Part shown: positions 38,401 through 40,000 of the stretch, in pieces
Layout: the number at the start of each line of letters is the position of its first letter
Position numbering within the stretch: the stretch's first letter is position 1
From: an uncultured phage cr127_1
DNA: 40,000 nt
Sequence record: MT774393.1
Reading direction: 5' to 3' (one strand)
Translations under genes and position numbers: made by a program
Notes under the pieces: model-generated
Seen by the model: the letters and a program-made list of their open reading frames with translations, nothing else
Databases searched by the model: none
What the model was told of the DNA's origin: nothing

Positions 38401-40000
38401 CAAAATCAGAAGACTTCATATTAAGAAGACTTCTGGAATCTACAATAGGAGCTACAAATCTACCTTTGTCATCATGTATTTTAATAGGTGTTATACCGGA
38501 TACTTTAACAGCAGATTTAGGAGATATTTGTTGTATATCATTATCTATCATATAATCATATACATCACCCATTGCCGTACCACGAGTTGTAGATTTAAAT
38601 AATACTATTGTAGAGTCTTTTATCTGAACAGTATCTACTTCATCTGCAAATATATCCGATAATATATTTCCAGAATCATCATAAACAGCTGTATCTTTAA
38701 TAAGAAAATCACCTCTTCTTCTACGAGCTACACCAAATAATTTTAATTGTTCTATAAGTTTATCATATAAAAAAGGATTAAATTTTTCAGTTTCATCTCT
38801 TAAATCAGTTACTATTTTCTTATATTCATCCCATCTTCCTGTAGATTTCAATAAATCTTCAAATCTAACATCTGTTATGATAGACATTGAATCATTTATA
38901 GTAGCTGGTTTTTCATAAGATTTTTTAATAGCTAATTCAGTAACATCTGTACTATCGACAAACATTTTATCAATAATATTTGATGCAAATTCCATATCTT
39001 CTACAACAAGTATTTTTATAGGTTTACCTGTATCTATAGAATTAAGACCCGTTTTAACTATTTGTGTACCACGTTTATTATAATCTATTGTAGATTTATA
39101 TTCACTAAGTTTGCCATAAACAAGACCATCAAAAGAAGTACCATATACAGCATTATTTAATATAATTTTTAAAATAGCTTTTTTATAAACTTCTTTTCCA
39201 ATTTCTGTATTAGTATCATAAACTTCTCGTTTTGAACGTTCATATAAAACTTCTTTTTGTTTAAAAGAAGGTTCTTGTTTATGACGATTTTTATAATCTT
39301 CTATATAATCATTATATAATTCATCTATAGCATCATTTCTTGAATCTTCTATTAAAGATAATCTTGTATCTCCTAATTTAATAGATACTCGACTAACTAA
39401 TTCAGCTATATCTCCAAAATCAGATTCAGCACTATTTTCAGCATATTGTATATATTTAGTTACAAAAGCTGGTATATATGAAGATACATCATATTTAGAA
39501 ATAACACCATTGACTACAGATTTAACAAGTTCTTTATATACATCTGATTCAGAAACACCATTTTCATTTGCTATATATTTTATAATATTTACAGAACCAT
39601 TTCCATCATTATATGTTAAATCTAAAAATTTAAAAGCTCTACCTGTAGGAATACCATCTTTATCAAAAATAGTTTTACCATTCCAATATTTAACATTATG
39701 AATAGAAGTAGCTAAATCTTTACCTTCATCAGTATTCAAATCAATATTAAATACACGAGAACCATAAAGTTCAAATATTCGTAAATTATTATCTACAATC
39801 TTACTTAAAGCTGTAAATATTTTAGATTTAATATTAATAACTTCATTGACATATAAATCATCAATATCTATATGTCTTACACTAATCATATAACTACGAG
39901 GACTATCCGAAGTTAAAAAGATATATTGTCCCATAAGATTAGCAAGAATTTCTGTAAATTTATAAGTAGTAGATTGAATACTTTTATATTTATATCCTCT
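29489..40000 (-). CDS. Giant crAss-like virion protein with RNA-polymerase DFDID motif; 5' end beyond window
   Basis: Unbroken frame: 3481 codons from ATG at 39934, plus 22 open upstream codons (RGYKYKSIQSTTYKFTEILANL) to position 40000. TRTGWDFDIDTIYAYAKH at 37436..37450. C-terminal part has AIIAVAAMMLG transmembrane segment. Confidence 0.85.
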   Translation of the reverse strand, partial: RGYKYKSIQSTTYKFTEILANLMGQYIFLTSDSPRSYMISVRHIDIDDLYVNEVINIKSKIFTALSKIVDNNLRIFELYGSRVFNIDLNTDEGKDLATSIHNVKYWNGKTIFDKDGIPTGRAFKFLDLTYNDGNGSVNIIKYIANENGVSESDVYKELVKSVVNGVISKYDVSSYIPAFVTKYIQYAENSAESDFGDIAELVSRVSIKLGDTRLSLIEDSRNDAIDELYNDYIEDYKNRHKQEPSFKQKEVLYERSKREVYDTNTEIGKEVYKKAILKIILNNAVYGTSFDGLVYGKLSEYKSTIDYNKRGTQIVKTGLNSIDTGKPIKILVVEDMEFASNIIDKMFVDSTDVTELAIKKSYEKPATINDSMSIITDVRFEDLLKSTGRWDEYKKIVTDLRDETEKFNPFLYDKLIEQLKLFGVARRRRGDFLIKDTAVYDDSGNILSDIFADEVDTVQIKDSTIVLFKSTTRGTAMGDVYDYMIDNDIQQISPKSAVKVSGITPIKIHDDKGRFVAPIVDSRSLLNMKSSDFVIQQDVKPDIIDAEVTVPSRLFKNILGTLSASHYTVDGKSYTPYEFAKEFNTIVSSTIQEDAISVAYELGAIDETGNIRTDNVGNIQLDTRKLTKYFQDVVQDDDSSINIKKALELDSVGQPKMPLSFPVTYRKFERILASKFTKDVIYRKLPGFHAPLRADIFTASNSLISREQYLDKDSYDKAIEDLYERGIITYSRDFIDRCKAEDRSLELRAEYGYDENGELIYKAEVIANPWLKEFFDTIPIIRRVDMGDGVYKEFLSVDIDAIPIEARTMFGGRIPSEGLMSLVVFEIVGFLNTGATQAIFPQSLITRTGWDFDIDTIYAYAKHINFNGESYTIPKYDSKMISEINENLSKYYALKDILKESLEIIKVTKSDTDTSLNSPAFKILTKYFIKLYSSDSNTDVSLDSIIPTLDSILATISNKESIEYKNILRIKTYVQESIPSIVSRVKVNFTNLINTAREYTEAIEYLKYIKQRDLTQEERIALNPGIDNNYVQNKRRMFNELLLSIERDIKTTNKIFNKIKTLINSIDITSKDSDNIISINDYYTVKDFFEPFIKGSIKNDSGKVINIFSIFDNIEEKINRQYTGLKESKGYDFEDISESVTISRQARDNRIIDMVISVLSNKNHRIDIDKPNSFDNISAVSARDNALWGKSNNGLNPHNLADKISLNISSMSSTILKGYSINTDGNIAILGNLHAKLNNPVRRIISIDSLPNNVTKEVLDSVLGSDNWSYTEDGRYVIVEDVWVGNNASNTFTDLSGERINMQLTEVTAAILDVLKSELMFNLNLDTIGVFRLLSQGCVTELYNGKPNRFSYASAFIMQPVIVELVNFKSGAIITNPNFSILDACNTLIIKYTDILNSKYEQKIPYYYKYKLHTTEELVRFIKNRNNESLSYYLGQLDVLYLFREYETISNDIIDLSFVLKTDVPVNDFNTADERESKLADSYINRDKYFSILRDAYTKSLSYIDSISETEEYWDNYKVLFTDFKSLSTGDFKIKYPNISYKDIEFITLPNYYEALNDFPNLITWQDRKNKLELLNISYKPVGNVTVNGQDIISVVFTGLNENYKFNSIIKPNYKDSLYGIIQVREQYGHWLFANSFNKVFAQRSLAMRKAVRTFLQQNGKSYNRKANNYVTGKVLEYYIQSYGDETVPIMSNIPAKQIKTILGIISDEERAKHNKYISELQNNLGDVITNDKFSKWVSLTLEEQINLILNDKSLKSYINKADFRFSNIFNHLQIVRDSIRRYGYSVIRIITDDSNKLSIDDVSSGILTMYQSDIPYIAHTIRNLIAYTYITEGFTYGANISKFIPIEILTSDLVNESYQKRITQIGVIDPTIGISDYGQALRTAETKLLNGETFNIEESLDYISRQNPSINATIPSYREQRRINNSTIYQATFGLLVNSEGYNVGKMRVTDANGIERNIIFETKERVIASTRSNAKYLTERLDGNVTIYKRSDSFLYNTTDNSKEVYYYYPVSRLLPNEFSEYSIIDKYNVSDRILIRDENGTISTIDVDTFVKRYSTLKDFLITLNKLESEYKNKSNKDAPANFENNSDEGVIINVPYDYVEEVSYEPEEISEDVPIKSKRKSPLYSLGITFEDTVTEKSNKSLIETVKDEVSKNDNLIYIGHESNIVSRIYDTNGKFIHVDFTKNPYDEANRISKLLKEGDYLIVGDRFEDAGITTETGSIWTKLFIDKLYQNNGNINSINTILNDGFGFAVSQSYVDVNRRNVTYSEPKQLFSKTINIKKPSNIGIETRTKKNSIIALDYYQSLDKLKKFLERNNIPNTAAILDAYSNINKEDYDGSLENDINDANQNAVFYAFERMIPIMENLMDSIRLLLMEVESVNTDTIRNDYAKWQDYKVKVNSLRILIDYLNKFKDIQPITINDTIYNSESEEDVASFHEEFDTANKAIERLSELYNKSISLQSRVLDKVQEIIVDLVITQSRNPNYATAFSKVLEAARKNDFDSSTFDIENLKITSEEYNDIVAKVFALKNSDITFWQSKLDSPFVTGVTLTDIIGKQYTTIKYENNKRINKLLDKVEDAIKELEKAENLNLSTYEARNKYFRKFVNDYGTFINDYNKDAVDEQVQGLKDSIQDLYNRKYYGATYIDERLVDDIIKETDDYILDFNTNSDGILTPLTDEEVDSLLKEIEGKSDVVINNYLKYNGYYEIKRITKIGETPEKVFYKLSYKDSAKNVKYSELTEAELKFLNTIKTIIGNVILEYNPSWFISPDAIIDIFPYLAKPDSKNSLKRFIGVPGIKKDSTYEGLDRKNKYILKASTLSIPNFNPVFNIPKRRVGEVYDDYAERVAREFNEWYRKNPDAIEPKTQLKSIADIRDYNSYVRKLNHTEAIDKRTYDIKAVMESFIKELYNIKVVNDFIIDWELGKFALDSAAGEAKIDNLSAIFESMRKRVYNTSKVNNTVDVIAKGIMRYSSINYMWFNWSAGLKNLAKGISDMIIDTSSINYLTSKQLMQGLLDIIKITPEWIAEINKEKTKNPIIALIKDFEVIFQDTRDINVSMTGENWLTKVLTAADTAGYSPNQIGEFFMQFGMLLGMSRSHRVIAGQIMSFQDFYNDSKIEELSKVLTDEQKEEFAKFVKAKNDYIIKYENENKKKYLWQSDYAGEFIRANIDKFTKEQRIELNKLIKDNRKVLKERFERFPTLDSQLTVVDGRLAYKEGSQLTDKSVNDFKNRVKGVNQALHGIYNIIDKNALQESAFGDLFMQFRKWIRPNFIRYFGRRFNKTIFNEMLGTWEVPVYKPSFDWATYGYKMFKQDSDIVKLNIFKDPRAFFKGLFEMFNYQYKLLRHAKLYYNSLTKGEQASIIKWAKHLSTIAIIAVAAMMLGKLKDDDEPYYYTVTMYTLTALYKEVVEPVPLYGWYSTINQMKDKLFVGETVITNAMNIVKYAMADVFTDDESLVYDRGVYKGQTKLSVSVKKLIPILTQIEKSKNLKATMNWYKWYNPFNL

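Noticed and set aside
32337-39701. + strand ORFs 32337..32543, 38390..38602 and 39510..39701
   Set aside because: They lie opposite the continuous giant ORF, are short and have no domain signal.

Overview
This 40 kb window is AT-rich and tightly packed. It looks like part of a crAss-like (Bacteroidales-infecting) phage genome. The left ~29 kb, on the + strand, carries small hypothetical ORFs, one tRNA-Leu(UAA) and a replication/nucleotide-metabolism module: SF1 helicase, UDG-like protein, family-B DNA polymerase, SF2 helicase, RecT-like protein, primase, DNA ligase, ThyX, dNMP kinase, Gp157-like, DUF932-like and dUTPase. The right ~10.5 kb is one giant - strand ORF (3481 aa from the first in-window ATG) with a DFDID motif, as in crAss-like virion RNA polymerases; it stays open to the right edge. 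Main observations: (1) the DNA polymerase gene is interrupted by an ORF-less group I intron, 13443..13794, whose removal recreates the motif A sequence DADVASYYP; (2) six dispersed copies of a GC-rich ~33-45 bp element (consensus TATAATGGCCACAAGGGCGAGAGGTGTTCCGAAATTCG), one of them in frame inside the UDG-like gene as MATRARGVPK and two forming an inverted pair; (3) many tandem arrays that nearly all share a 12-bp unit, including a 13-unit degenerate array encoding tetrapeptide repeats on the - strand; (4) two hairpins upstream of the tRNA with an identical 21-nt core and different but complementary stems. All calls are from reading the sequence; no database search was run.
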